This document shows, one piece after another, positions 1-10,189 of a stretch of DNA of 64,000 nt (within the stretch, counting starts at the first letter, position 1; each line of letters opens with the position of its first letter). The translations under genes and the position numbers were made by a program. The notes below the pieces were generated by a model, which saw nothing but the letters and a program-made list of their open reading frames with translations, did no database searches and was not told the DNA's origin. Origin of the DNA: an uncultured Thermoleophilia bacterium (GTDB taxonomy: Bacteria > Actinomycetota > Thermoleophilia > UBA2241); assembly GCA_963762125.1 (NCBI GenBank), contig CAVXJO010000017.1, positions 302,329-366,328 on the forward strand, in the 5' to 3' direction.

Positions 1-287
1 GCGGCACTGTGGTCCGGGTGTTCAAGTGCGTGCTGGGGCGCCCGTCGCTGCCGACGCCCAAGGGTCACTTCAAGATCTACGCCAAGGACCCGCACATGGG
101 CGGTGCCTACGGGCCGTTCCGCATGCGGTACCTCGGTCTGTACGCGATCCACGGCACCAACGAATCGTGGCTGCTGAAGCGGAGCCCGCGCAACTATTCA
201 CACGGCTGCACACGGCTGGCGAACGCCGACATCACCTGGCTGTACTCGAGGGTGCGCGTGGGCACGCCGGTATGGAATGTTCCCTGA
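1..287 (+). CDS. L,D-transpeptidase (YkuD domain), 5'-truncated by the window edge
   Basis: Motifs TPKGHFKI, YAIHGT and SHGCTRL (catalytic His/Cys), ending VGTPV. Confidence 0.85.
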   Translation, partial: GTVVRVFKCVLGRPSLPTPKGHFKIYAKDPHMGGAYGPFRMRYLGLYAIHGTNESWLLKRSPRNYSHGCTRLANADITWLYSRVRVGTPVWNVP

Positions 288-319
288 GCCGAGTCCGCGC
301 GGGATCTGACCCCGTCGGC

Positions 320-1322
320 TCAGGCGAGGTCGCCGTACTGACGGGCGTAGTAGGCGCGCCACTCACCCGATTTGATCGGTCGCCACCAGTCGGGGTGGCT
401 CGCGATACCACTCCACGGTGCGTGCGAGCCCGGCCTCGAACGGCACTTCCGGACTCCAGCCCAGCGCTCGCAGTTTGGAACAGTCGATCGCGTAGCGGCG
501 GTCGTGGCCCGGCCGGTCGGTCACGAAGCGGATCAGCTCTGTGCCCTTGCCGAGCAGTTCGAGGATGCGGTGCGTGATGGTGAGGTTCTGCACCTCGTTG
601 CCGCCGCCGATGTTGTAGACCTGACCCGGCACGCCCTCGCGCAGGACCAGATCGATGCCGGCGCAGTTGTCGTCCACGTAGAGCCAGTCGCGCACGTTGA
701 GGCCGTCGCCGTACACCGGCAGCTGGAGGTCGTCGACGGCGTTGGTGATGAAGAGCGGGACGATCTTCTCCGGGTACTGCCAAGGACCGTAGTTGTTGGA
801 GCTGCGCGTGACGAGGACCGGCGTGCCGAAGGTGCGGTGGTAGGCGAGGACGAGGAGGTCCGCGCCGGCCTTGCTCGCCGAGTAGGGGCTGGACGGATCG
901 AGGTCGGACTCCTCGGTGAAGGCGCCGGTCTCGGTGCTGCCGTAGACCTCGTCGGTGCTGATCTGCAGATACCGGGGGATCTCGAGTAAGCGCACGGCCT
1001 CGAGGAGCGTGTGCGTGCCGAGGACATCGGTGCGGATGAAGTCCTGCGGGCCGCTGATGGAGCGGTCGACGTGGGTCTCGGCGGCGAAGTTGACCACGGC
1101 GTCGGCGCCGCGGAGAGTCTCGGCGACGACGGCCGAGTCGCAGACGTCACCCCTCACGAAGCTGTAGCGGGGATCGTCCTCGACGTCGCGCAGGTTCTCG
1201 AGGTTGCCGGCGTACGTGAGCTTGTCGAGGTTCACGATCTCGACGTCGTCGTGCCGGGCGAGCATGTAGCGCACGAAGTTGGAGCCGATGAACCCGGCGC
1301 CGCCGGTGACCACGAGTCTCAC
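320..1322 (-). CDS. rfbB: dTDP-glucose 4,6-dehydratase; one extra base near 400 shifts the C-terminus
   Basis: TGGAGFIGSN, DKLTYAG, STDEVYG, YSASK, DRPGHDRRY. The typical tail HPDWWRPIKSGEWRAYYARQYGDLA* continues in another frame to TGA at 320-322. Confidence 0.93.
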
Positions 1323-1392
1323 GCCTTCCTCCTCTGGGTCCGATCAGTCTGCGGAGTCGCGATGACGCACAGCCTGCCGCAGGTCCACCACA

Positions 1393-2239
1393 CTAGCCGA
1401 GCGCGATGAGCCGGTCCACGGCCTCCGCGACGCCCTGCGCCCAGTGCGGCAGGCGCGGGATGGGCCGCTCCGTGTCGAGTGCCGAGAAGGCCGGCCGGCG
1501 CGCCGGCCGGCTTGCCTCGGCAGTGGTGATCGGCTCGACCTCCACATCGAGGCCGGCGAGATCGACGATCTCGCCGGCGAGCTCGCACCACGAGCAGTAG
1601 CCGCTACCGGCGAGGTGGTACAAGCCGGGGCTGATGCCCCGCTGCAGCGCCTCGTCGACCGCCGCGGCGAGGTGGTCGGCGTAGGTCGGCGAGCCGACCT
1701 GGTCGTCCACGACCCGCAGCGGCTCGCCCGTGCCGGCGCGATCCTGCGCCGCGGCGAGGATCGTCTTCACGAAGTTGTGGCCGGTCTCGCTGAACAGCCA
1801 CGCCGTCCTGAACACGATGCCGTGCACCCAGCCGAGCACTTCCTTCTCGCCCGCCAGCTTGGTGCGTCCGTACACGTTGAGTGGCCGCGTGCGGTCGCTC
1901 TCGACATACGGCGTGCTCTTCGTGCCGTCGAAGACGTAGTCGGTGCTGAAGTAGACGACGGCGGTGTGCGTGCCGCGCACCGCCTGGACGACGTTGCGTG
2001 TGCCCAACACGTTGACCGCTTCGGCGCGTCTCGGGATCCGCCTCGGCGCCGTCCACGTTGGTGAACGCGGCGCAGTGCAGCACGCAGTCCGGGGCGAAGG
2101 CGTGGACGGCGGCGGTCACGGCCTCGGCGTCGCGGATGTCCAGCGTCTCCTCACGGCTGAGGAAGACCTCGCCCTCGAGCACGCGGGAGAGGGCAGTGGC
2201 CAGCTGGCCTCCGGCCCCTGTGATGAACCAGCGCGACAT
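1393..2239 (-). CDS. rfbD: dTDP-4-dehydrorhamnose reductase, split by a frameshift near 2027
   Basis: N-part MSRWFITGAGGQL...HCAAFTNVDGAE; C-part STDYVFDG, YGRTK, VVDDQVGSPT, RPAFSAL. Confidence 0.9.
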
Positions 2240-2258
2240 GCAGCTTCGCCGGCCGCGC

Positions 2259-2747
2259 TTAGCGCAGCTTGACGCCCCAGTCGTACGGGATCGCGTCGCT
2301 GTCGTGCGGCAGTTCGAGCTGGTCGGGATCGTCGTACTTGTAGACCTCGGTCGGCGCGTTGACGATGTACGCCTCCTCCGGGCTGACGCACTTCCAGCCG
2401 TGCCACAGCCCGGGCGGCACCCGGACGAGAAGCGGCCGGTGCTCGCCGAGGAAGAACTCATCGATCTGACCGGCCGTCGGGGATGGGTCAAAGCCGGGCG
2501 CGGCCGCGCCGCCGGCGACTCCGCGGCCGTCGAACAGCACGAGCTTGATCATGCCCTTGACGCAGACGATATTGTCCCACTGGGCGCCGTGCAGGTGCCA
2601 GCCCTTGACGACCCCTGTGAAGGTCGTCGTCATGTAGAACTGGCCGAAGCCGACGAAGAGGTCGTCGTCGCAGCGCAGGCACTCCATGAGGCGGCCGCGC
2701 TCGTCGGGGATCACCTTCAGCTGCTTGGTCATGACGCCGTCGATCAT
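2259..2747 (-). CDS. rfbC: dTDP-4-dehydrorhamnose 3,5-epimerase
   Basis: DERG, GVVKGWHLH, VPPGLWHG cupin motifs; operon position. Confidence 0.9.
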   Translation of the reverse strand: MIDGVMTKQLKVIPDERGRLMECLRCDDDLFVGFGQFYMTTTFTGVVKGWHLHGAQWDNIVCVKGMIKLVLFDGRGVAGGAAAPGFDPSPTAGQIDEFFLGEHRPLLVRVPPGLWHGWKCVSPEEAYIVNAPTEVYKYDDPDQLELPHDSDAIPYDWGVKLR

Positions 2748-2780
2748 CTGCTTCCTCCTCCCCGCGGCGCGGGGCCGTGT

Positions 2781-3845
2781 CTACAGGATGCCGATCTGGC
2801 AGGAGTCGCCGACCAGGAAGCGGTAGGCGACCGGGCGGGCGTCGCTGTGTGCGATGACACAGTCCCGGCCGATCAGGCTGTCGGTCATGCGCGTGCCCAG
2901 CCGCGAGATGCGGCTGTTCGCGAGGACGATCGAATGCTCAAGCTCGGCGTGCTCGACGATCACGCCGTCGCTGATGGACGTATAGGGGCCGACGAAGGTG
3001 TCGCTGAGCCGGCAGCCTTCGCCGATGACCACGGGGCCGCGCACTGTGCAGCGCTCGAGCCGGCTGCCGCGGCCGATGCGCACCGGCCCCTCCAGCGTGG
3101 TCTCGTGCAGCTCGCCCTGGACGTCCCTGACGAGGGTGCTGAGCACGAGTCGGTTGGCCTCGAGCATGTCCTCGAGCTTGCCGGTGTCCTTCCACCAACC
3201 GGTGACCACGTGGGGCTCCACACGCAGGCCGCGGTCGACCATGTGCTGGATGGCGTCGGTGATCTCGAGCTCGCCGCGGGCGCTGGGCTTGATGGCTTTC
3301 ACGCTGTCGAAGACGGCCGGCGTGAACAGGTAGACGCCCACCAGGGCGAGATCGCTGCGCGGCTCGGGGGGCTTCTCCACGAGGCGCGAGACGCGCCCGT
3401 CACCGTCGAGCTCGGCGATGCCGTAGCTCTGTGGATCGGCGACCTTCTGCAGGAGGATCAGGGCGTCGGGAGCGCTGGCATCGAAGGCCTGCACGAACGG
3501 CTGGATGCCTTCCTTGAGCAGGTTGTCGCCGAGGTACATGACGAACGGCTCGTCGTGGAGGAAAGCCTCGCTGATGAGCACCGCATGCGCGAGGCCCAGC
3601 GGCGCATTCTGTTGCAGGTAGGTAACGGAGAGGCCGAACGCGCTGCCGTCGCCGACGGCGGCCTCGATCTCGGCGTGGGTGTCGCCGACCACGATGCCGA
3701 CTTCTGTGATCCCGGCCACGCGCATGGCCTCGAGGCCGTAGAAGAGCACGGGCTTGTTGGCGACCGGCACCAGCTGCTTGGCGGCGGTGTGGGTGATGGG
3801 GCGCAGGCGTGTGCCGGCGCCGCCGCTGAGGATGAGGCCTTTCAT
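2781..3845 (-). CDS. rfbA: Glucose-1-phosphate thymidylyltransferase (long form with hexapeptide C-terminus)
   Basis: LSGGAGTRLRPIT, KQLVPVANKP, SARGELEITD, WWKDTG. Confidence 0.93.
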   Translation of the reverse strand: MKGLILSGGAGTRLRPITHTAAKQLVPVANKPVLFYGLEAMRVAGITEVGIVVGDTHAEIEAAVGDGSAFGLSVTYLQQNAPLGLAHAVLISEAFLHDEPFVMYLGDNLLKEGIQPFVQAFDASAPDALILLQKVADPQSYGIAELDGDGRVSRLVEKPPEPRSDLALVGVYLFTPAVFDSVKAIKPSARGELEITDAIQHMVDRGLRVEPHVVTGWWKDTGKLEDMLEANRLVLSTLVRDVQGELHETTLEGPVRIGRGSRLERCTVRGPVVIGEGCRLSDTFVGPYTSISDGVIVEHAELEHSIVLANSRISRLGTRMTDSLIGRDCVIAHSDARPVAYRFLVGDSCQIGIL

Positions 3846-3869
3846 GGGCGTGCCCCCTGCGCCCGCAGG

Positions 3870-4145
3870 TCAGATGGTCTCGTCGCCGGCGAGCTGGTCG
3901 TCGGTCTCGGTGGAGAGGAGGTCAAGGACGTGATGTTCGTCGACCGCCTTGCCGACGAAAACGACGTTGGGCCCCGTCCAAAGAGTGACGCGGGTCCCGA
4001 CCAGCAGCCGGTAGGGGTCGCCGTTCAGCACGATGTTCGTCAGCGTCGAGCGCTCGATATCGCGCGTGACCTCGGCGCTGTCGATGCGGAACGGCTCCGC
4101 GTCGCCCAGCTGCAGCCGAGGTTCTCTGCTGTCGTCGATGATCAC
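3870..4145 (-). CDS. Small hypothetical protein (~91 aa), first gene of the rml operon, probably leaderless
   Basis: GTG at 4145 lies 7 nt downstream of TATACT (4153-4158, minus strand); coding-like codon usage; the longer listed start overlaps the divergent gene. Confidence 0.6.
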   Translation of the reverse strand: MIIDDSREPRLQLGDAEPFRIDSAEVTRDIERSTLTNIVLNGDPYRLLVGTRVTLWTGPNVVFVGKAVDEHHVLDLLSTETDDQLAGDETI

Positions 4146-4248
4146 GGCGCGGAGTATAGCACCGGTCTGCTGGCCCGGGCCTCGGGTTCGTGCTTTAGTA
4201 GGATGGATCAGCACGGTCTGTCCGTGGGGGGGAACGGAAGGAGCAAAC

Positions 4249-6093
4249 GTGGCTGGCGTAGGCACACATTCCAAGGGTCGGCTTCTGGCGGCGGTCGTCG
4301 TCGTCCTGCTGGCCATCGGCCTCTTGTGGGGCATCACCAGCGCCATGGCGTCGAGCGACAGCCCGTCGCCCGCAGCCGGCAAGACCATCCTGCGTCTCGG
4401 CTGGACCAACGACCCTGACAACCTCAACCCGTTCATCGGCTACGAGTCGTCCAGCTACGAGATCTGGGCGATCAACTACGAGCTGCTCGTCGGCTTCCGC
4501 GCCAGCGACTACGCCAACGTGCCCGGCGTCGGCCTCGCCACCGACTGGCAGACGTCCGACGACGGCAAGGTCTGGACGTTCACGATCACCGACAAGTCGA
4601 AGTGGCAGGACGGCCCGCCGCTGACCGCCAAGGACGTCGCCTTCACCTTCAACTACATCATCGACAACCAACTCGGCATGTTCACCGACTACGTCAAGTT
4701 CATCGACAAGGTCGAGGCGCCGGACGCGACGCACGTGGTGTTCACCTGTTCGAAGCCCAAGGCGAACATGCTCGGGCTCTGGATCCCCATCCTGCCCGAG
4801 CACATCTGGAGCAAGGTCTCGCCGAAGGACGTCGAGAAGAGCTTCAAGAACCCGCCGCCGATCATCGGCTCGGGCCCCTTCCAGACGGTGGAGTGGAAGA
4901 AGGGCGAGTACACGCGCATGGTGGCCAACAAGGACTACTGGCGCGGCGCCCCCAAGGTCGACGAAGTCATCTTCCAGACCTACCAGAACCAGGACACGAT
5001 GGCGCAGGACCTCAAGACCGACGCCATCCAGAGCGGCTGGAACATCCCCTCGGCGCAGTTCAGCGCGCTCAACAATGAGCCCGACCTCGAGGCCATCAAG
5101 GCCGTCACGATCGGGTTCGACGAGCTCGGCTTCAACTGCGCCGACAAGAAGATCTACCCCAAGTCGACCGGCCACCCTGTGCTGCAGGACCCGGCGTTCC
5201 GCAGCGCCCTGCAGTGGGCGGTCGACAAGGACAAGATCGTCTCCATCGGCTACAGCGGCAACGCCGCTCCGGCGGACACCATCATCACGCGCGACCTCTA
5301 CGCGGCTGAGGCCGACTACCACCTCACGCCGCCCTCTCCGTACACGTTCGACCTCGACAAGGCGCGCCAGGCTCTGGACGCCGCCGGGTACCCCGACGCG
5401 ACCGGCGACGGCATCCGCGAGTACAAGGGCAAGCCGATCAAGCTGCGCCTGTACGCGCGCTCCGAGTCTCCCGAGAGCCAGAACTGCGGCAAGCTCATCA
5501 CCGGCTGGTTCCGGGACATCGGGCTGGACATCGACTACCAGGTCATCGATGACGGCGCGCTCGGCGACAAGCAGTACAACTACGACGGTAACGACTACGC
5601 GCCGGACTTCGACCTGTTCATCTGGGGCTGGGGCGGGGACGTCGACCCGAACTTCATCCTCTCCATCCTGACTACGGACTCGATCGAGAACTGGAGTGAC
5701 TGCATCTGGTCCAACGCCGAGTACGACAAGCTGTTCCTTCAGCAGCAGACGACGATCGACGTCCAGGAGCGCATCGCGGTCGTGAAGAGGATGCAGCAGA
5801 TCGTGTACGACGAGTCTCCGTACATCCCGCTCGTCTACCCGCTCGACCTGGAGGCGGCGAACAAAGGCAAGTGGACCGGCTGGGTGCGCGCGAACGAGAA
5901 CAAGGGCGCCTGGTGGTACAACACGCAGCCGGACACCTACGTGGCCGTGCACCCCGGGTCTACGACCGTTGCCGCGAGCGGCGGCGGGTCCAGCACCGGT
6001 GCCATCGTGGGGTCCGCGGTCGCGGTGATCCTCGTGGTGATCATCGTCGTCCTGCTGCTCCGGCGCCGGAGCGGGCGCGCCGAGACGGAGTGA
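4249..6093 (+). CDS. ABC substrate-binding protein, family 5 (peptide/nickel type), with signal peptide and C-terminal TM anchor
   Basis: GAAGGAG RBS before GTG 4249; AMA cleavage site; LNPF, GLATDW, KWQDG, TAKDVAFT, IGSGPF; hydrophobic C-tail followed by RRR. Confidence 0.88.
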   Translation: MAGVGTHSKGRLLAAVVVVLLAIGLLWGITSAMASSDSPSPAAGKTILRLGWTNDPDNLNPFIGYESSSYEIWAINYELLVGFRASDYANVPGVGLATDWQTSDDGKVWTFTITDKSKWQDGPPLTAKDVAFTFNYIIDNQLGMFTDYVKFIDKVEAPDATHVVFTCSKPKANMLGLWIPILPEHIWSKVSPKDVEKSFKNPPPIIGSGPFQTVEWKKGEYTRMVANKDYWRGAPKVDEVIFQTYQNQDTMAQDLKTDAIQSGWNIPSAQFSALNNEPDLEAIKAVTIGFDELGFNCADKKIYPKSTGHPVLQDPAFRSALQWAVDKDKIVSIGYSGNAAPADTIITRDLYAAEADYHLTPPSPYTFDLDKARQALDAAGYPDATGDGIREYKGKPIKLRLYARSESPESQNCGKLITGWFRDIGLDIDYQVIDDGALGDKQYNYDGNDYAPDFDLFIWGWGGDVDPNFILSILTTDSIENWSDCIWSNAEYDKLFLQQQTTIDVQERIAVVKRMQQIVYDESPYIPLVYPLDLEAANKGKWTGWVRANENKGAWWYNTQPDTYVAVHPGSTTVAASGGGSSTGAIVGSAVAVILVVIIVVLLLRRRSGRAETE

Positions 6094-6129
6094 CCGGCGC
6101 GCCGGCGGTCCAGGCCGGCGAGAAGCTGA

Positions 6130-6168
6130 GAGACGGGAGGGGCCGGCAGCGCCGGTCCCTCCCGTCTC
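6130..6168. terminator. 18-bp GC hairpin between convergent genes (bidirectional terminator)
   Basis: GAGACGGGAGGGGCCGGC-agc-GCCGGTCCCTCCCGTCTC, one G-U pair. Confidence 0.75.
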
Positions 6169-6670
6169 AGGACGCGTAGCTCAAGTAAGGGCGCCAGCTC
6201 TCGTGGACGTGGTCCACGTGGAGCAGCACGAAGGCCGCCGGCCCGGGCGGCCGTGGCGGCCGCATGAGGCGCAGTCCCGCCAGGTGCAGCGGCCTGTCGC
6301 CCTTCTTGCGGTTGCACGGCGCGCACGATGTGACGAGGTTGTCCCACGTGTCGGCGCCGCCCTTGGAGCGCGGGACGACGTGGTCCACGGTCAGGTGACG
6401 GGCGCTGCCGCAGTACTGGCAGCGATGCTTGTCACGGGCGAAGACCGCGCGCCGCGAGATGCGTGCCGTGGCCGCGCGGCGTGGGATGTGGACGTAGGAG
6501 TTGAGGCGGATGACCAAGGGGATCTCGTGGACGCCGCGCTCGCTGTGCAGTGCGGTGCCGGACTGCTCGAGCACCTCGGCCTTGTCCTTGAACAGGAGCA
6601 CAAGAGCTCGCCGCACCGTACACACATTGAGCGGCTCATAGGTGGTGTTCAGGACCAGCACCTTGCGCAT
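6167..6670 (-). CDS. HNH endonuclease (McrA/HNH_5-like)
   Basis: MRKVLVLNTTYEPL start; RD..CQYCG, TVDHVVPRSKGG, NLVTSCAPCN. Confidence 0.88.
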   Translation of the reverse strand: MRKVLVLNTTYEPLNVCTVRRALVLLFKDKAEVLEQSGTALHSERGVHEIPLVIRLNSYVHIPRRAATARISRRAVFARDKHRCQYCGSARHLTVDHVVPRSKGGADTWDNLVTSCAPCNRKKGDRPLHLAGLRLMRPPRPPGPAAFVLLHVDHVHESWRPYLSYAS

Positions 6671-6737
6671 CGTTTGGGATAGTAGCAGATAGCCGCGCGT
6701 GTGTGACGAGCCTGAGCCCTGACGTAGACTGGGCCCC

Positions 6738-8090
6738 ATGGACGACCTCTTCTCGATGAGCGACGAGCAGGCCGCGGCGGAGGCGCCGCTCGCGGCGCGC
6801 ATGCGGCCGCGCACGTTGGCGGAGTTCGCCGGGCAGGAACACATCGTCGGGCCCGGCACGGTGCTGCGCGCGGCGGTCGAGGGCGGTCAGTTGTTCAGCA
6901 TGCTCTTCTTCGGGCCGCCCGGCAGCGGCAAGACGACGTTGGCGCGCCTGATCGCCGCCGAGACCGGCGCTCGTCTGGCGCAGCTCTCGGCGGTCAGCTC
7001 CGGCACCGCCGACGTGCGCGCCGCCATCCAGGGGGCGCGCGAGGCGCGCACCCTCTCCGCGGCGCGCACGGTCCTCTTCATCGACGAGATCCACCGCTTC
7101 AACAAGGCGCAGCAGGACGCGCTCCTGCCGGCGATCGAGGACGGGATCGTCACGCTGATCGGCGCCACTACCGAGAATCCCTACTTCGAGGTCAATTCGG
7201 CGCTCATAAGCCGTTGCCAGCTCTACCGCTTCGAGCCGCTTGCGCCCGACCTCGTGGAGCGCGTGGTGACGGCCGCGCTGCAGGACGAGGAGCGCGGCCT
7301 CGGCGGCAAGCCGGTCACCTTGGGCGACGGTGCGCTTGGCCTTCTCGCCGAGATCTCCCGCGGCGACGCGCGCGTCGCGCTCAACGCGCTCGAGACGGCG
7401 TGGCGCTCCCGCGCCGCCGGGGCTCCGGAAGCGCCCGTCACCCTCACCGTGGGCGACCTGCAGGATGCCGCTCAGAAGTCGCCGGTCATGTACGACCGCG
7501 AGGACGCCCACTACGACACCATCTCGGCGTTCATCAAGAGCATGCGCGGCAGCGATGCGGACGCCGCGGTCTACTACCTCGCCTCGATGATCGCGGGCGG
7601 CGAGGATCCCAAGTTCATCGCCCGGCGAATGATCGTGTTCGCAAGTGAGGACGTGGGCAACGCCGACCCCCAGGCGCTGCAGATCGCCGTGGCCGCCGCG
7701 CGGGCCGTGGAGTTCGTGGGCCTGCCCGAGTGCCGCATCAATCTGAGCCAGGCGGTGACGTACCTGGCGCTGGCGCCCAAGAGCAACGCCGCCTACAAGG
7801 CGGTCGACGCCGCGATGGACGACGTGCGGCGGGAGGGCAACCAGCCGCCGCCGCTCCACCTGCGCAGCGCGAACTATCGCGGCGCGAAGGAACTCGGCCA
7901 CGGCGCGGGGTACAAGTACCCGCACGCCATCGGCGGCTGGGTCCCGCAGCAGTATCTGCCGGACAAGCTCTCAGGCCGTCGCTACTATGTGCCGATACGA
8001 GGGGTCGAGAGCGAACTGGCCGCCCGCCTGGACGAGATCCGGCGGCGGGCGGCGTCGAGCGGCGACGAAGAGGAGGGCGAGGATACGTGA
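6738..8090 (+). CDS. rarA: Replication-associated recombination protein A (MgsA/RarA AAA+ ATPase)
   Basis: [65 protein letters not shown]. Confidence 0.95.
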   Translation: MDDLFSMSDEQAAAEAPLAARMRPRTLAEFAGQEHIVGPGTVLRAAVEGGQLFSMLFFGPPGSGKTTLARLIAAETGARLAQLSAVSSGTADVRAAIQGAREARTLSAARTVLFIDEIHRFNKAQQDALLPAIEDGIVTLIGATTENPYFEVNSALISRCQLYRFEPLAPDLVERVVTAALQDEERGLGGKPVTLGDGALGLLAEISRGDARVALNALETAWRSRAAGAPEAPVTLTVGDLQDAAQKSPVMYDREDAHYDTISAFIKSMRGSDADAAVYYLASMIAGGEDPKFIARRMIVFASEDVGNADPQALQIAVAAARAVEFVGLPECRINLSQAVTYLALAPKSNAAYKAVDAAMDDVRREGNQPPPLHLRSANYRGAKELGHGAGYKYPHAIGGWVPQQYLPDKLSGRRYYVPIRGVESELAARLDEIRRRAASSGDEEEGEDT

Positions 8091-8482
8091 GCGGCGTGTA
8101 CGTGTGGGTCCTGCTGTTCCTCGTCATCGCGCTCGCCGCGCTCGTCGTCATCTGGTATCTGGCGCGCCGGGTCAAACGCGATCTGGACGATTCGCCGGGC
8201 GCGGTCGCCGGCGCCACCGCCGCTCTGGAGTTGGCGCCCGGCAACGCCGCCCGCCTGCACGAGCTCAGTGCCGAGCCCATCCTGCTCAAGCAGAGCGAAG
8301 AGGGCGTGCGCGTGCAGATCGAGCACCGGCCGATGTTGCCGCTCATGGCGTTCGTCGGCAAAGAGGTCAGCGCCGCGCTCACAGAGGCCGCGGGCCGCGT
8401 GAGCGAGCAGTGGGGTCCCAAGTGGGTGGTTCTGCTGACCGCGCGCGAGGACGGCAGCATCTCCGTTCAGCGGCTCGCCTGA
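8087..8482 (+). CDS. Hypothetical protein with N-terminal TM helix
   Basis: GTGA overlap with the rarA stop; VYVWVLLFLVIALAALVVIWYL hydrophobic stretch. Confidence 0.65.
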   Translation: MSGVYVWVLLFLVIALAALVVIWYLARRVKRDLDDSPGAVAGATAALELAPGNAARLHELSAEPILLKQSEEGVRVQIEHRPMLPLMAFVGKEVSAALTEAAGRVSEQWGPKWVVLLTAREDGSISVQRLA

Positions 8483-8619
8483 ACGCCCGGCAGGACTGCA
8501 CCCGGGCCCCGCGTATACAGGGCTGTACACTGTAAAGTTCGGGCACGTTTCTACCGACGTACATCCCGCCGGCTTCGCGCGCCTGTGCGGCTGGTACGGC
8601 AGCGGTCAAGGAGGCAGCG

Positions 8620-10137
8620 ATGAAGGTGATGAGGTTTCTTCTCGGGCTTGCGATAGGGGCGGGCGTCGCCCTGTTGGTCGCCCCGAAGAGCGGACGTCAG
8701 CTGCGCCAGCAGCTGGCAGGCGGCGCCAGCGGCAGACTGTTGGGCGCAGGGCCCGACGAGTACCCGCAACCGGAGCCCGTCGCCGAGTGGGGCGGCGCGG
8801 TCACCGTGGTCGCCGACGAGCCACCGGTCGTCGAGCCTGAGCCGTGGACGGCAGAGCCCGTGGTCGACGAAGTGGTCGTCGCCGAGGCGGTCGCCGAAGA
8901 GGCAGCAGAGCCGCCTAAACCGTTTCCCGCCCGGGACGAGCCGGCCGAGACGCCGGCAAGCGATGATCTGCGCGCGCGTATCGTCGAGACGCGATCGGCC
9001 CTCGAGGACGAGCTTGCTCAGCCGTTCGCGGACGAGGCGGAGGAGCGCGCCGACGAGTCCGTGGCGGCGGCCGATGACGCCGTCGTCGAAGCCGCTGCCG
9101 CCGAGCTGGTGGCCGAAGAGGCCGTAGTCGAGGCAGTCGCCGCCGAGCTGGTGGCCGAAGAGGCGATCGTTGAAGCTGAGGCCGCCGAGATCGTCGCCGA
9201 CGAGGCGGTGAGCGAGGCAGTCGTCGCGGAGGAACTGGCGGAAGACGCCGTCGCCGATGCGCTCCTCGCCACCGACGAGGACGCTCCTGCGGCCGAGCTG
9301 GCCGCCGAGGCTGCGATCGATGAGGCCGACGCGGCCGCCGCCGTCGCCGAGGAGGCGGCTGCGGAGGCCGATGCCGCCGAACTGGTCGCCGAGGTAGCCG
9401 TCGTCGAGGCCGTCGCCGGCGAGATCGTCGCGGAGGAGGCCGTCGTCGAAGCTGCGGTCGATGAGGCCGTCGCCGAAGATGCCGTGGAAGAAGCAGAACT
9501 GACCGACGCCGTCGCCGAGGAGGCCCTCGCCGAGGAGACCGTCGCCGACGAGGTGGTCGCCGAGGCGCCGCTGGCCGGCGAGGAGCCGGAGCCGTTCGTC
9601 GGTCCCGCTCCACCCCAGCTGGTCCCCGAGTCGCCCGCCGAAGCGGCGCCTGTCGAGCAAGCGCCGGCGGAGCGGACGCACTCCTGGGACATCCCCTATG
9701 GCGACGAGCTCGCAGTCGCGGAGGCCGCCGCCGAAGTCACCGCGGCCGAGGCCCTCGCTGCCGAACCGGCAGAAGAGCTCACCGCCGCCGAAGAGCCGGT
9801 CGCCGCCGACGAGCCCGCCGCGGCAGAGGAGACGGTGATCGACGAGTCCGTTGCGGCTGAAGCGGCCGCCGCCGAAGAGCCGCCGGCCGAGAAGCCTGCC
9901 GCGGCCGCCGCTCCGTCTCGTGAGGGCGGCGGCATCGACCAGGCCGAGATGCGTCGCCGTATCGAGGAGACGCGCGCCCGCCTCAAGGCCAAGGCGTTCG
10001 ACGCCATGATGAGCGGCGAGGCCGCGCTGCTCTCGCGCGACAGCGGCGACAAGCCGGTGCCGTCGGCGGACGACATCAGTCTCGATGCCGAGACCGACAC
10101 GGCCATCGACGAGTCGCTCTCCCAGGAAGACTACTGA
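8620..10137 (+). CDS. YtxH-domain protein with long acidic Ala/Glu/Val repeat region
   Basis: AGGAGG RBS; FLLGLAIGAGVALLVAPKSGRQLR is the YtxH signature; low-complexity acidic middle. Confidence 0.8.
   Translation: MKVMRFLLGLAIGAGVALLVAPKSGRQLRQQLAGGASGRLLGAGPDEYPQPEPVAEWGGAVTVVADEPPVVEPEPWTAEPVVDEVVVAEAVAEEAAEPPKPFPARDEPAETPASDDLRARIVETRSALEDELAQPFADEAEERADESVAAADDAVVEAAAAELVAEEAVVEAVAAELVAEEAIVEAEAAEIVADEAVSEAVVAEELAEDAVADALLATDEDAPAAELAAEAAIDEADAAAAVAEEAAAEADAAELVAEVAVVEAVAGEIVAEEAVVEAAVDEAVAEDAVEEAELTDAVAEEALAEETVADEVVAEAPLAGEEPEPFVGPAPPQLVPESPAEAAPVEQAPAERTHSWDIPYGDELAVAEAAAEVTAAEALAAEPAEELTAAEEPVAADEPAAAEETVIDESVAAEAAAAEEPPAEKPAAAAAPSREGGGIDQAEMRRRIEETRARLKAKAFDAMMSGEAALLSRDSGDKPVPSADDISLDAETDTAIDESLSQEDY
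9079..9246 (+). repeat. Four tandem 42-nt (14-aa) coding repeats, with degenerate copies further downstream
   Basis: AVVEAAAAELVAEE / AVVEAVAAELVAEE / AIVEAEAAEIVADE / AVSEAVVAEELAED starting at 9079, 9121, 9163, 9205. Confidence 0.8.
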
Positions 10138-10189
10138 GTGACTGACGCCGAGGCCGGGGGCGCTCCCGTGGAGCGCCCCCGGCCTCTGT

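Noticed and set aside
2490-2530. Ala/Gly/Pro insertion of about 11 aa in RfbC
   Set aside because: Probably a neutral surface-loop insertion; catalytic His motifs are intact.
2058-4418. Long antisense or alternate-frame ORFs (e.g. 786 aa at 2058-4418, 585 aa at 4195-5952, 573 aa at 8551-10272, 708 aa at 38848-40974)
   Set aside because: Shadow ORFs expected in high-GC DNA; they overlap well-supported genes and show no family motifs.
6167-6670. HNH gene as a mobile element or defence system
   Set aside because: Common stand-alone family; no methylase, repeats or intron context. No GAAC-N4-GTTC SOS box in the 67-nt spacer shared with rarA.
9079-9540. 42-nt repeats as a CRISPR array
   Set aside because: In-frame coding repeats with synonymous variation, no spacers and no cas genes.
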